Below, piece after piece: positions 17,298-26,548 of a stretch of DNA of 42,126 nt; the stretch's first letter is position 1; every line of letters begins with the position of its first letter. The DNA is from an uncultured Pirellulales bacterium (GTDB lineage Bacteria; Planctomycetota; Phycisphaerae; Sedimentisphaerales; SM23-30): the NCBI GenBank assembly GCA_964582655.1, contig CAZOTP010000001.1:1-42126 (forward strand), in the 5' to 3' direction. The notes beneath the pieces are model-generated. The model was not told the origin of the DNA and did no database searches. It worked only from the letters and a program-made list of their open reading frames with translations. Both the position numbers and the translations under genes were made by a program.

Positions 17298-18706
17298 ATC
17301 TGGAATGGATTCGAGGGTTGTGCTATATCGCCGCGTCGATTCTGTTTGTCTTCGGTCTGAAGATGCTCAGTTCGCCCGGCACGGCGCGGAAGGGAAACGG
17401 GGTATCCGCCGCGGGAATGCTGATCGCCATTGGCACAAGTCTTACGGCCATGGAGGAGATTCGATGGGTGTGGGTTCTTGCCGGCGTGATTCTGGGGTCC
17501 GCGATCGGGATTGCCGCCGCACAATGGGTGAAGATGACCGCCATGCCGGAGATGGTGGGGCTGCTGAACGGATTTGGCGGGCTGGCGAGTCTGCTGGTGG
17601 GATGGTCGGAATTCCATGGTTCCTGGGCTTCCTTCGGGGAAACGGACGGCTTTACCCGGATCGCTATTTTTCTGACGGTGCTGATCGGGGGGATCACGTT
17701 TTCGGGCAGTCTGGTGGCATTCGGAAAACTGGCGGAACTGATCGGCGGGCGTCCGATGGTGTATCGTGGACAGCATTTGATTAATGGCGCGGTATTAGCG
17801 GTGACTTTGATCGCGGGGGTGATCTTGTGCGTTCAGAAGCTGGATATTCCCCGCGGAGAAAACCATTGGATGTTGTACGTTCCTCTGGCGAGCGTGGCGG
17901 CTTTGTCGCTGGCGCTGGGGGTGTTATCGACGGTCGGGATCGGGGGAGCGGATATGCCCGTGGTAATCTGCCTGCTGAACAGCTATTCCGGTCTGGCGGC
18001 GTGCGCGGCGGGTTTTCTGATTCAGAACACGGTTCTGATCGTATCCGGCTCTCTGGTGGGGGCATCGGGTCTTATCCTGACCCATATCATGTGCAAGGCG
18101 ATGAATCGCTCTCTGGCGAATGTGCTGTTCAGCGGCTTCGGATCGGCCTCGGCGGGCGGCGAAGTTGTGTATCAGGGGGAAGTCCGGCCGATCCGCGCTG
18201 AAGATGCATACCTGATTCTGGAAGCGGCGCGGAGCGTGGTGTTTGTGCCCGGCTACGGGATGGCGGCGGCGCAGGCGCAGCATGCGGTTCGCGAGCTGGG
18301 TGACCTTCTGGCGAACAACGGAGCGGAGGTCAAATACTGCATCCATCCGGTCGCCGGACGCATGCCGGGACACATGAATGTGCTGCTGGCGGAGGCGAAC
18401 GTGCCGTACGAACTTCTGGTGGAGCCTCAGGATGTGAATCCGACGATGGAGATGGTGGATGCGGCGATTGTAATCGGGGCGAATGACGTGGTGAATCCGG
18501 CGGCACGGGAAGACCCAAAAAGTCCGCTGTGGGGCATGCCGATTATCGATGTGGATCGGGCGCGGACGTGCATCGTGCTGAAACGTTCGATGAAACCGGG
18601 GTTTGCGGGAGTGGACAATCCGCTTTTCTTCAAGGAAAAGACGCGGATGCTGTTCGGCGACGCCAAGGCGTCCATCAGCGCGCTGGTTTCGCAATTTAAA
18701 CCGTAG
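17294..18706 (+). CDS. pntB: NAD(P) transhydrogenase subunit beta (dII+dIII)
   Basis: Multi-TM N-terminal half. The C-terminal NADP(H) domain carries PGYGMAAAQAQHAVREL, IHPVAGRMPGHMNVLLAEANVPY, VIGANDVVNPAA and GMPIIDV. Confidence 0.93.
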   Translation: MNLEWIRGLCYIAASILFVFGLKMLSSPGTARKGNGVSAAGMLIAIGTSLTAMEEIRWVWVLAGVILGSAIGIAAAQWVKMTAMPEMVGLLNGFGGLASLLVGWSEFHGSWASFGETDGFTRIAIFLTVLIGGITFSGSLVAFGKLAELIGGRPMVYRGQHLINGAVLAVTLIAGVILCVQKLDIPRGENHWMLYVPLASVAALSLALGVLSTVGIGGADMPVVICLLNSYSGLAACAAGFLIQNTVLIVSGSLVGASGLILTHIMCKAMNRSLANVLFSGFGSASAGGEVVYQGEVRPIRAEDAYLILEAARSVVFVPGYGMAAAQAQHAVRELGDLLANNGAEVKYCIHPVAGRMPGHMNVLLAEANVPYELLVEPQDVNPTMEMVDAAIVIGANDVVNPAAREDPKSPLWGMPIIDVDRARTCIVLKRSMKPGFAGVDNPLFFKEKTRMLFGDAKASISALVSQFKP

Positions 18707-18916
18707 CAGACGGCGTACGATTACGAAACGGGTTATAGTTGGGGGAATGCCCTTTCGAGGGACCTTCTTTCGGGTCTTGCCAAACAGTCCTATCCTATTG
18801 CGGGAGCGAATGTTAGCGTTTTCCAGAGAGGGGTTTCGCGGGTCTGCCGGAATGGGGGAATGGCTTCGTCAACGGATTTGAGGGCAGGTCCGGAAATTCA
18901 TGAAAAACCGACGTCC

Positions 18917-18937
18917 AAATAAGGGATTCCCTTATTT
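18917..18937. promoter_or_regulatory. Perfect 21-bp palindrome (candidate operator) in the pntB-ferredoxin intergenic region
   Basis: AAATAAGGGA-T-TCCCTTATTT, with 10-bp arms and a 1-nt centre. It lies 211 nt after the pntB stop and about 218 nt upstream of the ferredoxin start. Confidence 0.35.
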
Positions 18938-19154
18938 CCATCCTTTTTCCCATCGAATACATTCGTATATAGAATGAATCATTTGCTTGCGGAGGTGGAA
19001 TGCCACCGGAGAGCGAATCGAAGGGACGGATATTACTGGGGGGTAAGAGTTTTATATTTTGACCGCGGTTCGGGGAGGGTCGGTCCGTCGGCGGATTCGG
19101 ATGCGTTCGCGGAATGAAGAATCGGTTGTGAACCGTATGGATTTAAGGAACAGA

Positions 19155-19349
19155 ATGATGCAGGTCAGCGTGAACGATGATTTGTGTGTCGGATGCGGAT
19201 TGTGCGCGGAGCTTTGCCCGGAGGTATTCTGGATGAAGAACGATTTCGCCAAGGTGAAAGACAACGGAATCCAGACAGAACAGGTGGAACAACAGTGTCT
19301 CCAGACCGCGCTGGAGTGTCCGACCACCGCGATTCAAATCAAACCCTGA
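19155..19349 (+). CDS. Small monocluster [4Fe-4S]/[3Fe-4S] ferredoxin (Thermotoga/Pyrococcus type)
   Basis: ATG 19155 after AAGGA gives 64 aa: MMQVSVNDDLCVGCGLCAELCPEVF....CLQTALECPTTAI (C-x2-C-x2-C...CP plus an extra Cys pair). The upstream part of the ORF-track ORF is Arg-rich and unlikely to be coding. Confidence 0.85.
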   Translation: MMQVSVNDDLCVGCGLCAELCPEVFWMKNDFAKVKDNGIQTEQVEQQCLQTALECPTTAIQIKP

Positions 19350-19387
19350 CAAATTCGACAGGAATCCCTTTGGGGAAGGAGTGAACC

Positions 19388-20248
19388 ATGAGTCCGATTG
19401 CCACCGCGCCGAGAACCCGAAAAACGTGCCTCGCTTCCGTCCGGCGGGAAGAAATGAAACGGAATATTCTGAAGCCCATTTCGTTTATTCCGCATCCCCG
19501 CTTTTCGCGAGCATCCCAAATGAAGGAAGTGCTCCAGCCGGTCCCAAGCGTAAAGTCTGACGAGAGGCTTTGCGCGGAAGACGAGCGGAAGCTGTTCCTC
19601 CAACTGAATTATTTTCGGTATAAACGGGAAAAAATTCGCCGAACCATTCTTCGAAACAAGGTGTGGGATGCGCAGAAAGCGAAGGAATTCCAGGAATGGG
19701 ATTTACGGCAGAAGGAGCTTCGCGACAAGCTGGTGGCTCAAAACATGGGTCTGGTTCCGGCGATGGCCCGGTTTGCCAATCACAGCCATGTGGATTTCGA
19801 AGACCTGGTGAGCGAGGGGAATATGGCGCTCATGCAGGCCGTGGATCGGTTCGATCCATCCCGGGGATACCGCTTCAGCACCTATGCATGCCGGGCGATT
19901 CTCCGAAGCATGTCGCGGTATTCGAAGAAACAGTACCGATATTATCAGCGGTTTCCGGTGTCGCTGGAACCGTCCTTTGAAAAGGATGACCGGCAGGAGC
20001 GCCGGCGGTTCGATCAGATCCAGGATCAGGCCCATACGGTTCGGATGCTGCTGGGAAACCAAGACACCGATCTGTCGGAAACCGAGGCGGCGGTGCTTTC
20101 GATGCGGTTTCCCTTCACCGAGCATCAAAGGCCGGCGATGAAATTGAACGAAATCGGGGAAAAACTGGAATTGTCCAAGGAGCGAGTCCGGCAGATTCAG
20201 AACAACGCTCTGGAGAAAATCCGGCAGATGGTGAACCAGATCGCCTGA
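19388..20248 (+). CDS. RNA polymerase sigma factor, sigma-70 family (regions 2-4; alternative, group-3-like)
   Basis: GAAGGAG lies 7 nt upstream. Region 2: LVAQNMGLVPAMARFANHSHVDFEDLVSEGNMALMQAVDRFDPSRGYRFSTYACRAILRSM. Region 4 HTH: MKLNEIGEKLELSKERVRQIQNNALEKIR. Starts 38 nt after the ferredoxin gene. Confidence 0.88.
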   Translation: MSPIATAPRTRKTCLASVRREEMKRNILKPISFIPHPRFSRASQMKEVLQPVPSVKSDERLCAEDERKLFLQLNYFRYKREKIRRTILRNKVWDAQKAKEFQEWDLRQKELRDKLVAQNMGLVPAMARFANHSHVDFEDLVSEGNMALMQAVDRFDPSRGYRFSTYACRAILRSMSRYSKKQYRYYQRFPVSLEPSFEKDDRQERRRFDQIQDQAHTVRMLLGNQDTDLSETEAAVLSMRFPFTEHQRPAMKLNEIGEKLELSKERVRQIQNNALEKIRQMVNQIA

Positions 20249-20354
20249 ATCGCGCGGAATTCGGCATCGTTTGAGCGGGGAGACGAGAAACAGGATATTC
20301 TGGAAATGGGATCACACGGGGGATCGATGGTCTTTGTCAGGCGGCAGATGATGC

Positions 20355-20392
20355 AAAACCGGGAATGCAATCGAGGCATGCCCGGCTCTTTT
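20355..20392. terminator. Bidirectional intrinsic terminator between the convergent sigma-factor and rubredoxin genes
   Basis: AAAA-CCGGGAATGC-AATCGAG-GCATGCCCGG-CTCTTTT. The stem is 10 bp with one mismatch, with an A-tract on the left and a T-tract on the right. Confidence 0.5.
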
Positions 20393-20423
20393 GTTTGGCG
20401 CCGCCAATCCCGCGGCAATCCGT

Positions 20424-20585
20424 TTACTTCACAGGTTCGAATTCATCCTTGCTGGCGCCGCATTCGGGGCATTCCCACGTATCGGGCAGGTCTTCAAAGG
20501 CGGTTCCCGGCTGAATTCCATTGTCCGGATCGCCTTTGGCGGGATCATAGATATAACCGCACAGCGTACACACATACTTTTTCAT
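20424..20585 (-). CDS. Rubredoxin
   Basis: 53 aa: [53 protein letters not shown] (C-x2-C-G...W-x-C-P-x-C-G). Only the last 162 nt of the ORF-track ORF 20424..21062 are used. Confidence 0.93.
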   Translation of the reverse strand: MKKYVCTLCGYIYDPAKGDPDNGIQPGTAFEDLPDTWECPECGASKDEFEPVK

Positions 20586-20641
20586 ACGGGTCTCCCGAAA
20601 AAAGGGGTTAAACGAGGCATACCATCGGCAACGAACCAATC

Positions 20642-21829
20642 CTATATCCGATTCTGTTTGATTTTGTCGGCAAGGGTTTTTCCGGCCTGTTTGCAGGATT
20701 CCAGAATCTCCGGCGTGGGCCGATACGGGCACTGGAGGTTTTCCAGAGCCGGCACCATGCCCGCCTGCTTGAGGCAGTCGGCCGCCTGCTCCACAGCACC
20801 GCCGCTCCAGCCGTAGGAGCCGAAGACCAAGGAGAGTTTGTTTTTGGTTTTCAAACCCTTGATATAGGTCAAAAAGGCCGCGACGGTGGGCAGCATGTTG
20901 TTGTTGAGGGTGGGGGAACCGACGGCCACGGCGGCCGCATCCAGCACTTCGGTTGCCAGTTCGGTGATGTCGGTGGCGGGGATTCGCAGCAGCTTCACGG
21001 TAATTCCCTGTTCCGAGGCGCCCTGAAAGACGGCCTTGGCCATGATCTCCGTGCTTTGCCACATTGTATCATAGATGACCAGGAGTTTGGGTTCGTGTTT
21101 GTATTCCGACCAGTCTTTGTATTTCGCCAGGATGTCCGGAATATGCCTGGTCCAGATCACCCCGTGGCTGGGACAGATGGTTTCGATTGGCAGAGCGGAA
21201 GCCTGCTGGAGCGTTTTGGCGACCACGCTGCCCAAGTGCATGATGATGTTGGCGTAATAGGTTTTGGCTTCGTACATGAGCTGGCAGTAATCGACTTCCG
21301 TGTCAAAGCGTTTGCTGGTGGCAAAGTGCTGCCCGAAGGCATCCATGCTGAAGAGCATTTTTTGGGCGGGCAGATAGGTGAACATGGAGTCGGGCCAGTG
21401 CAGCATGGGGGTGTTGATGAACTGGAGATGGTGTTTGCCCAGGGAGATGGAATCACCGGTTTTGACGACTTGAAAATTCCAGTTTCCGGGGTAATACTGG
21501 GAAAGTCCCAGCCGCCCTTTTTCCGAAGCGACGACGACGGCTTTGGGGGCCCGCTCGAGGACCCTCGCAATCCCGCCGGAATGGTCCGGTTCGGTGTGAT
21601 TGGAGATGATGTAGTCGATGTTCGCCGGATCGATCCGTTCGGCGACTTTTTCCAGCAAATCATCGGCATAGGGCGCCTTGACAGCGTCAATGAGGGCGAT
21701 TTTCTCGTCCTGAATCAGGTAGGCGTTATAGGTGCTTCCCCGCTGGGTGTGGTAGCCGTGCAAATCCCGGATGTTCCAGTCCACGTGGCCTACCCAGAAG
21801 ATGTTCTCAGCGATTTGTATGCTTTTCAT
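20642..21829 (-). CDS. Flavodiiron protein (FprA / rubredoxin:oxygen or NO oxidoreductase type A)
   Basis: 395 aa. The metallo-beta-lactamase-like domain carries the diiron motif [11 protein letters not shown]. The C-terminal flavodoxin-like domain carries [18 protein letters not shown] and [11 protein letters not shown]. Confidence 0.93.
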   Translation of the reverse strand: MKSIQIAENIFWVGHVDWNIRDLHGYHTQRGSTYNAYLIQDEKIALIDAVKAPYADDLLEKVAERIDPANIDYIISNHTEPDHSGGIARVLERAPKAVVVASEKGRLGLSQYYPGNWNFQVVKTGDSISLGKHHLQFINTPMLHWPDSMFTYLPAQKMLFSMDAFGQHFATSKRFDTEVDYCQLMYEAKTYYANIIMHLGSVVAKTLQQASALPIETICPSHGVIWTRHIPDILAKYKDWSEYKHEPKLLVIYDTMWQSTEIMAKAVFQGASEQGITVKLLRIPATDITELATEVLDAAAVAVGSPTLNNNMLPTVAAFLTYIKGLKTKNKLSLVFGSYGWSGGAVEQAADCLKQAGMVPALENLQCPYRPTPEILESCKQAGKTLADKIKQNRI

Positions 21830-21857
21830 GGCGAATTCCGTCCTATGGAGGAATGGA

Positions 21858-22358
21858 TCAGGATTTCGATTGTTTTCGGAGTGTTTCCAGTCCCTGCTGG
21901 AGCTGGTGGATATGCTGGAGTTCCTGCTGAATCAGCAGATCCACTTTTTCCTTGTATTCATCGAGAACGGTGTTTTTGAGGGCGGTAAAATAGGCGATGG
22001 TATCCTTTTCGAACTGGATGGCCAGTCGGAACGTGCTGGCCGGGGACTGGACCGAGGCCAGCAGTTTGGCGACGTCGGGATCGACATTAAAAACATGGGA
22101 GTCCGCCGCGGAATGGATATACGCCTTGGCCTGGTCGTCGAGATCCACGAAATGAATCTCGTCTTTTTCGCAGAATTTCTGCCGCCAGCCGGCGAAGAGT
22201 TTCTCATGTTCGGCTTCCTTTTCGGCCAGGTCTTTCATGACGGACCGGGTGAAGGAATCCGACGCGGCGTCGGCGGCCTGGAGGTAAAATTTGCGGCCGT
22301 TTCGTTCGATTTGTTCGGCCATCCGAAACACTTCCGCCAGACTGTACTGACTGGTCAT
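21858..22358 (-). CDS. Ferritin-like/rubrerythrin-family diiron four-helix-bundle protein without rubredoxin domain
   Basis: ATG 22358 after AGGAG gives 166 aa. Two E-x2-H motifs (EKEAEHEKLF and QQELQHIHQL), plus AEQIERNGRKFY and EKDTIAYF. It is the first gene of the minus-strand operon with FDP and rubredoxin. Confidence 0.7.
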   Translation of the reverse strand: MTSQYSLAEVFRMAEQIERNGRKFYLQAADAASDSFTRSVMKDLAEKEAEHEKLFAGWRQKFCEKDEIHFVDLDDQAKAYIHSAADSHVFNVDPDVAKLLASVQSPASTFRLAIQFEKDTIAYFTALKNTVLDEYKEKVDLLIQQELQHIHQLQQGLETLRKQSKS

Positions 22359-22746
22359 CCTTCGCTCCTGTATCTCATTTTGGTTTTCCGGTTGTATTCC
22401 TGGGAACATTCCGGGCCCGTTCCCCGCCTAGCGGAGAAAATCCCCGCACGCCGGATTATTATAGGGAAGAAAAAGGATTTGGCCAAGAGAGAACGGGCGG
22501 TTTTTCCGGAGTTTTATAACCCGTTATGTCGCAAGAAATTGCGGCAATAGGGCGATAATCCATACCCGTTTGGTTTGAGGGGCGGTGTTTCGACGGGAGA
22601 AAAAGAAAATTGAAAATTGATTTTTCCATCGTAGCGGGGAATAATCCCTTAGATCACGCTTTTTCCGATCGGGAAAGGTTGCGTCCGGTTGTGTACGATG
22701 GACAATAATTTGGACCCTGTTTTTTACCCAAGGAGACAAAGAACGT

Positions 22747-23319
22747 ATGGCACTGAAAGGCACGCAGACGGAAAAAAATTTATTGGCGGCATTTTCCGGC
22801 GAATCCCAGGCCCGGAACCGATATACCTATTTCGCGGGGCAAGCCAAGAAGGAAGGATATGAACAGATTGCGGCGATTTTCGAAGAGACCGCCAATCAGG
22901 AGAAGGAACACGCCAAGAGACTGTTCAAATTCCTCGAAGGGGGTGAAGTGGAGATTTGCGCGGCGTTTCCCGCCGGCGTGATCGGGAGCACGGTGGACAA
23001 CCTGAAGGAAGCCGCCGGGGGCGAACATTATGAAACCACGACGATGTACCCCGAGTTCGCCGCGACCGCGGAAAAAGAGGGATTTGACGAGATTTCGCGG
23101 GTGTTCACGCGGATTGCGGTGGCGGAAAAGCGGCATGAGGAACGCTATCTGGCGCTGAAGAAAAACATCGAAGCCGGAAGGGTTTTCAAGCGGGAGAAAA
23201 ACGTCCGCTGGGTCTGCCGGAACTGCGGCTATGTGCATGAAGGAACCGAGCCGCCCAAACAGTGTCCGGCGTGCGCCCATCCCCAGAGCTATTTCGAGCT
23301 GGAAGCAACCAATTATTAA
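22747..23319 (+). CDS. rbr: Rubrerythrin
   Basis: [59 protein letters not shown]. Second diiron half [16 protein letters not shown]...[10 protein letters not shown]-terminal rubredoxin-like WVCRNCGY...CPACAHP. Confidence 0.95.
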   Translation: MALKGTQTEKNLLAAFSGESQARNRYTYFAGQAKKEGYEQIAAIFEETANQEKEHAKRLFKFLEGGEVEICAAFPAGVIGSTVDNLKEAAGGEHYETTTMYPEFAATAEKEGFDEISRVFTRIAVAEKRHEERYLALKKNIEAGRVFKREKNVRWVCRNCGYVHEGTEPPKQCPACAHPQSYFELEATNY

Positions 23320-23368
23320 TGGCATACGAACAGAACCGTAACACCTTTTATTCGGAAAGGGGTTTGTG

Positions 23369-23749
23369 ATGGCAAAATTACTGGAGATTTACAAATGTGA
23401 GGCGTGCGGGAATATCGTGGAGGTGGTGCATGCCGGAGCAGGCACCCTGGTCTGCTGCGGCGAAAAGATGAAGCTGTTTGTCGAAAACACAGTGGATGCC
23501 TCCAAGGAAAAACATGTTCCCGTCATCACGAAGATTGACGGGGGCTGGAAGGTCGCCGTCGGCAGCGTCGCCCACCCGATGGAAGAGAAGCACTACATCG
23601 AATGGATCGAGCTGATCGCCGACGGGAAAGCCTACCGGCAGTTTCTCAAGCCCGGGGGCAAGCCCGAAGCGGAATTCTGGATTGAAGCCGAAAACGTAAT
23701 GGCTCGCGAGTATTGCAACATTCATGGTTTATGGAAATCCGAGGTGTAA
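23369..23749 (+). CDS. dfx: Desulfoferrodoxin (2Fe superoxide reductase)
   Basis: N-terminal desulforedoxin centre [13 protein letters not shown]...[11 protein letters not shown] centre residues [20 protein letters not shown] and CNIHGLW. ATG at 23369 (a GTG lies 3 nt upstream). Confidence 0.93.
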   Translation: MAKLLEIYKCEACGNIVEVVHAGAGTLVCCGEKMKLFVENTVDASKEKHVPVITKIDGGWKVAVGSVAHPMEEKHYIEWIELIADGKAYRQFLKPGGKPEAEFWIEAENVMAREYCNIHGLWKSEV

Positions 23750-23751
23750 GA

Positions 23752-24249
23752 ATGATTCCCCAAAAAATGGAAACCGCGTTCAACTCGCAGATCAACGCCG
23801 AGATGTATTCGGCGTATCTGTATCTGTCCATGGCGATGTACTTTGAATCCATCCAGTTCAAGGGATTCGCCCAGTGGATGAAGGTGCAGTATCAGGAAGA
23901 GATGATGCACGCGACCAAGATGGGCGATTTTCTCCTGGACCGGGGCGGACGGGTTCTGCTTCAGGCGATCGAGGCCCCCCCAACGGAATGGGCCTCCCCC
24001 GCCGCTGTGTTTGAGAACACGCTCAAACATGAAAAGAAAGTCACGGGGCTGATTCACGATCTGCTGAATAAAGCCGTCGAGCTGAAGGACCCGGCGTCGC
24101 AGATTTTCCTCCAGTGGTATGTGACCGAGCAGGTGGAAGAAGAAAAGAGCGCCGAGGAAATCCTGCATACCCTCAAGCAGATCAAGGACGCCCCCGGAGC
24201 GATGTTCATGCTGGACCATCAACTGGGAAGCAGAACGTTTAAATCCTGA
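23752..24249 (+). CDS. ftn: Non-haem bacterial ferritin
   Basis: ATG 23752 is 2 nt after the dfx stop and preceded by GAGGTG. Ferroxidase-centre context FNSQINAEMYSAYLYLSMAMYF, QEEMMHATKMGDFLLDRGG, LKHEKKVT and FLQWYVTEQVEEE. Confidence 0.92.
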   Translation: MIPQKMETAFNSQINAEMYSAYLYLSMAMYFESIQFKGFAQWMKVQYQEEMMHATKMGDFLLDRGGRVLLQAIEAPPTEWASPAAVFENTLKHEKKVTGLIHDLLNKAVELKDPASQIFLQWYVTEQVEEEKSAEEILHTLKQIKDAPGAMFMLDHQLGSRTFKS

Positions 24250-24277
24250 AGCGGTTTCCCCCAACACTGGATTTTGG

Positions 24278-24311
24278 AACCGGCTGTCCCCCTGGAGCGA
24301 CCGGTTTTTTT
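24278..24311 (+). terminator. Weak candidate intrinsic terminator after ferritin
   Basis: AACCGG...CCGGTT (6-bp stem, 17-nt loop) followed by TTTTTTT (24305-24311), about 30 nt after the ftn stop. Confidence 0.35.
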
Positions 24312-24451
24312 ACGGATCTTCAAAACGGGCAAACGGTTTCGCCATTTCCGATATTCACTGGAAACGGGATCCCTCGGGTATAGAATAGTATCGGTTCGAA
24401 CGTTTTTAGCAGCCGGCGAAAAACAGTCTCCAAACCAGCCAGAGGTTGTCT

Positions 24452-26485
24452 ATGAAATCTCTTTTTCGAATCGCCATAATCCTGTCGGGCGCGGCTATGA
24501 TTTTGTCTGGATTTTCTGTTTCGGAGGTTCTGTCAGATCCCCCGCCCTGGCCCTGGAAGGACGCCGCTCCGTCGGGCAAAATCGGGTATATTCGCCCCGA
24601 GGCGCCTTCGATTCCCGTTGTGCCTCCGCGGGGCGAACGATATGCGGACAGGGTTCCCGACACCCCGGACCCGGCGGAACTGTCTGCGCTGGCGATTCAT
24701 GTTCTGACCGGCGCGGTGAATCCGCGACAGGATTATGAGCAGTATTTTTCCGTGTATATCGGCAATCCGTTTCGTATGGCCCATAATTTCAGCGACTGGT
24801 GCACCCCGAAATTCATCGAAGCCCTGGCACTGCTGCGAACCGTCACAGGCAGCGATACCATGCCCCAGGTGGATCAGGTCTGGCAGGATGCAATCCTGAA
24901 ATCCATCGGGCCCGACGGGCTCTACTATTTTCCCATTGCGGGGAAACCCTGGTATGGCAAGGAGCTGTGGTGGGCCAACGGAATTGCCCGTTCCGACGGA
25001 TCGGTGTTCACCGTGGAGAAACCGGACCCTGAGAAAATGAAGGATCTGGATACCTACGCCTTGGGCCGCGGGCACTCTCTGATTGAGGAGTCGGGTATTA
25101 CGCAATTTACGCATCCGCAGCCGGTGGGGCGCATCATCAAGGTTCTGGCGATTTATTATCTTCGCGACGGCAATCCCCTGTGGAAACAGATGATGGAAAC
25201 CATGGTGGGTCGAATGGAACAGTTAGCCGTTAAAAAGGGGGATTATGCCTATTTCCCCGCCTATCTTTATGAGCCGAACGCCAGATTCAATCCCGATGAC
25301 CCCAAAGCCGCGATGCCGCAGGGAATCGAGGGAGAAGAAATCAGCGGCCGTTTCATCCGGGCGTGCGCCCTGGCGTACCGGCTGACCGGCAGCAAGCGGG
25401 CGCTGGAATTGGCCCGGCTCCTGACGAATTACATGCGCTATCACGACGATTATTATGGCAAGGACGGCGAGTTTACCGGCAACCGTCATTTTCACGGACA
25501 CACCAATTCCCTGCTGGGCATGCTGGAGTATGCCCATGCGGCGGGCGACCGGGACCTGCTGGAGTTTTGCCGCAAGAGCTTCGAGTGGGCCCAATCTCCT
25601 TCATCCGGATTCGGTCCCGTTACCGGCTTTGCACCCGAAAAAGCCGAGCCGGATCGGCCTTCCGCGGAAGGCTGCGCGGTGGGCGACATGATAGTCCTTG
25701 CCTGCAACCTTTCCGCGTTTGGCGCGGGGGATTATTATCCGGATGCGGAACGATGGTTTCGAAATTACTTTACGGAAATTCAACTGACGGAATCCAAAGC
25801 GGAGAATCTGGTCCGGCTGGGACGCTCAATGGGGCCGAAATCCCTTCTTTACAACGAGACCGACGATCAGGTCGCCCGACGCAATCTGGGAGCGTTTTCG
25901 GGCTGGGCAGGCGGCAACGAATGGTGGGTCGGGACCGAGGGCTCCGACAATCTCATTATGCACTGCTGCACCGGCAACTGCGCCCGCGCGCTCTATTTCG
26001 TCTGGAGCCATGCGCTTCAATACAAACAGGGCGAATTGAAAATCAACCTGCTTCTCAACCGCGCCTCCCCGTGGGCGGATGTTTACAGCTTCATTCCGTA
26101 TCAGGGCCGCATCGAAATCAAAATCAAACAAGCCTGTTCCCGCGTGCTGGTTCACGCACCCGAATGGATTCCCGCCGGCAGTTCTGAAATCCAAGCCACC
26201 GTCGATAACAAACCGCATTGCCTCACCTGGCAGGATGGCTATCTGGACGTGGGCAAAATCGGCGCGGGCTGCCGCATTGTCATCACCTGCCCCATCTCCG
26301 AAAAAACAATCACTGAAAAAATGGGCCGCGAAACGTACACTCTTCTTGTCCGGGGCAGCACCGTTGTATCCATCGATCCGCCGGGCCGAATCTGCCCCCT
26401 CTTTCGGCGTGAATATCTGCGGGAGGACCCGCCCCGCTGGCGAAATGTGACCCGTTTTGTCGCTGCCCAAGCCATCGATTATTGA
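24452..26485 (+). CDS. Secreted GH127/GH146-like (DUF1680-like) putative glycoside hydrolase
   Basis: ATG 24452 after AGAGG, with signal peptide MKSLFRIAIILSGAAMILSGFSV. EGCAVGDM and MHCCTGNCARALY resemble the E-x-C and CC Zn/catalytic Cys motifs of GH127 beta-L-arabinofuranosidase (from memory). Length is about 677 aa. Confidence 0.5.
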   Translation: MKSLFRIAIILSGAAMILSGFSVSEVLSDPPPWPWKDAAPSGKIGYIRPEAPSIPVVPPRGERYADRVPDTPDPAELSALAIHVLTGAVNPRQDYEQYFSVYIGNPFRMAHNFSDWCTPKFIEALALLRTVTGSDTMPQVDQVWQDAILKSIGPDGLYYFPIAGKPWYGKELWWANGIARSDGSVFTVEKPDPEKMKDLDTYALGRGHSLIEESGITQFTHPQPVGRIIKVLAIYYLRDGNPLWKQMMETMVGRMEQLAVKKGDYAYFPAYLYEPNARFNPDDPKAAMPQGIEGEEISGRFIRACALAYRLTGSKRALELARLLTNYMRYHDDYYGKDGEFTGNRHFHGHTNSLLGMLEYAHAAGDRDLLEFCRKSFEWAQSPSSGFGPVTGFAPEKAEPDRPSAEGCAVGDMIVLACNLSAFGAGDYYPDAERWFRNYFTEIQLTESKAENLVRLGRSMGPKSLLYNETDDQVARRNLGAFSGWAGGNEWWVGTEGSDNLIMHCCTGNCARALYFVWSHALQYKQGELKINLLLNRASPWADVYSFIPYQGRIEIKIKQACSRVLVHAPEWIPAGSSEIQATVDNKPHCLTWQDGYLDVGKIGAGCRIVITCPISEKTITEKMGRETYTLLVRGSTVVSIDPPGRICPLFRREYLREDPPRWRNVTRFVAAQAIDY

Positions 26486-26548
26486 TCAAAGCGTCCGGTT
26501 CTTACTGCCCTGTGTATTGCCAGACCGAGGTATGATGCGAACCGATGA

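Noticed and set aside
20249-22746. The idea that the G-to-C codon switch marks a replication origin or terminus (a GC-skew inflection).
   Set aside because: Minus-strand genes after the switch (ROK, 37687-42090) are C-rich in their own sense strand, and the minus-strand DUF1080 gene is G-rich in its sense strand. The bias therefore follows genes rather than the DNA strand. No dnaA or DnaA-box cluster was seen.
22410-22746. Possible shared half-sites with the 18917 palindrome in the divergent rbr promoter region: ATAGGGAA at 22461 and TCCCTTA at 22645. There is also a GAAAATT tandem at about 22605.
   Set aside because: These are only 7-nt matches, with different spacing and orientation, and could easily arise by chance.
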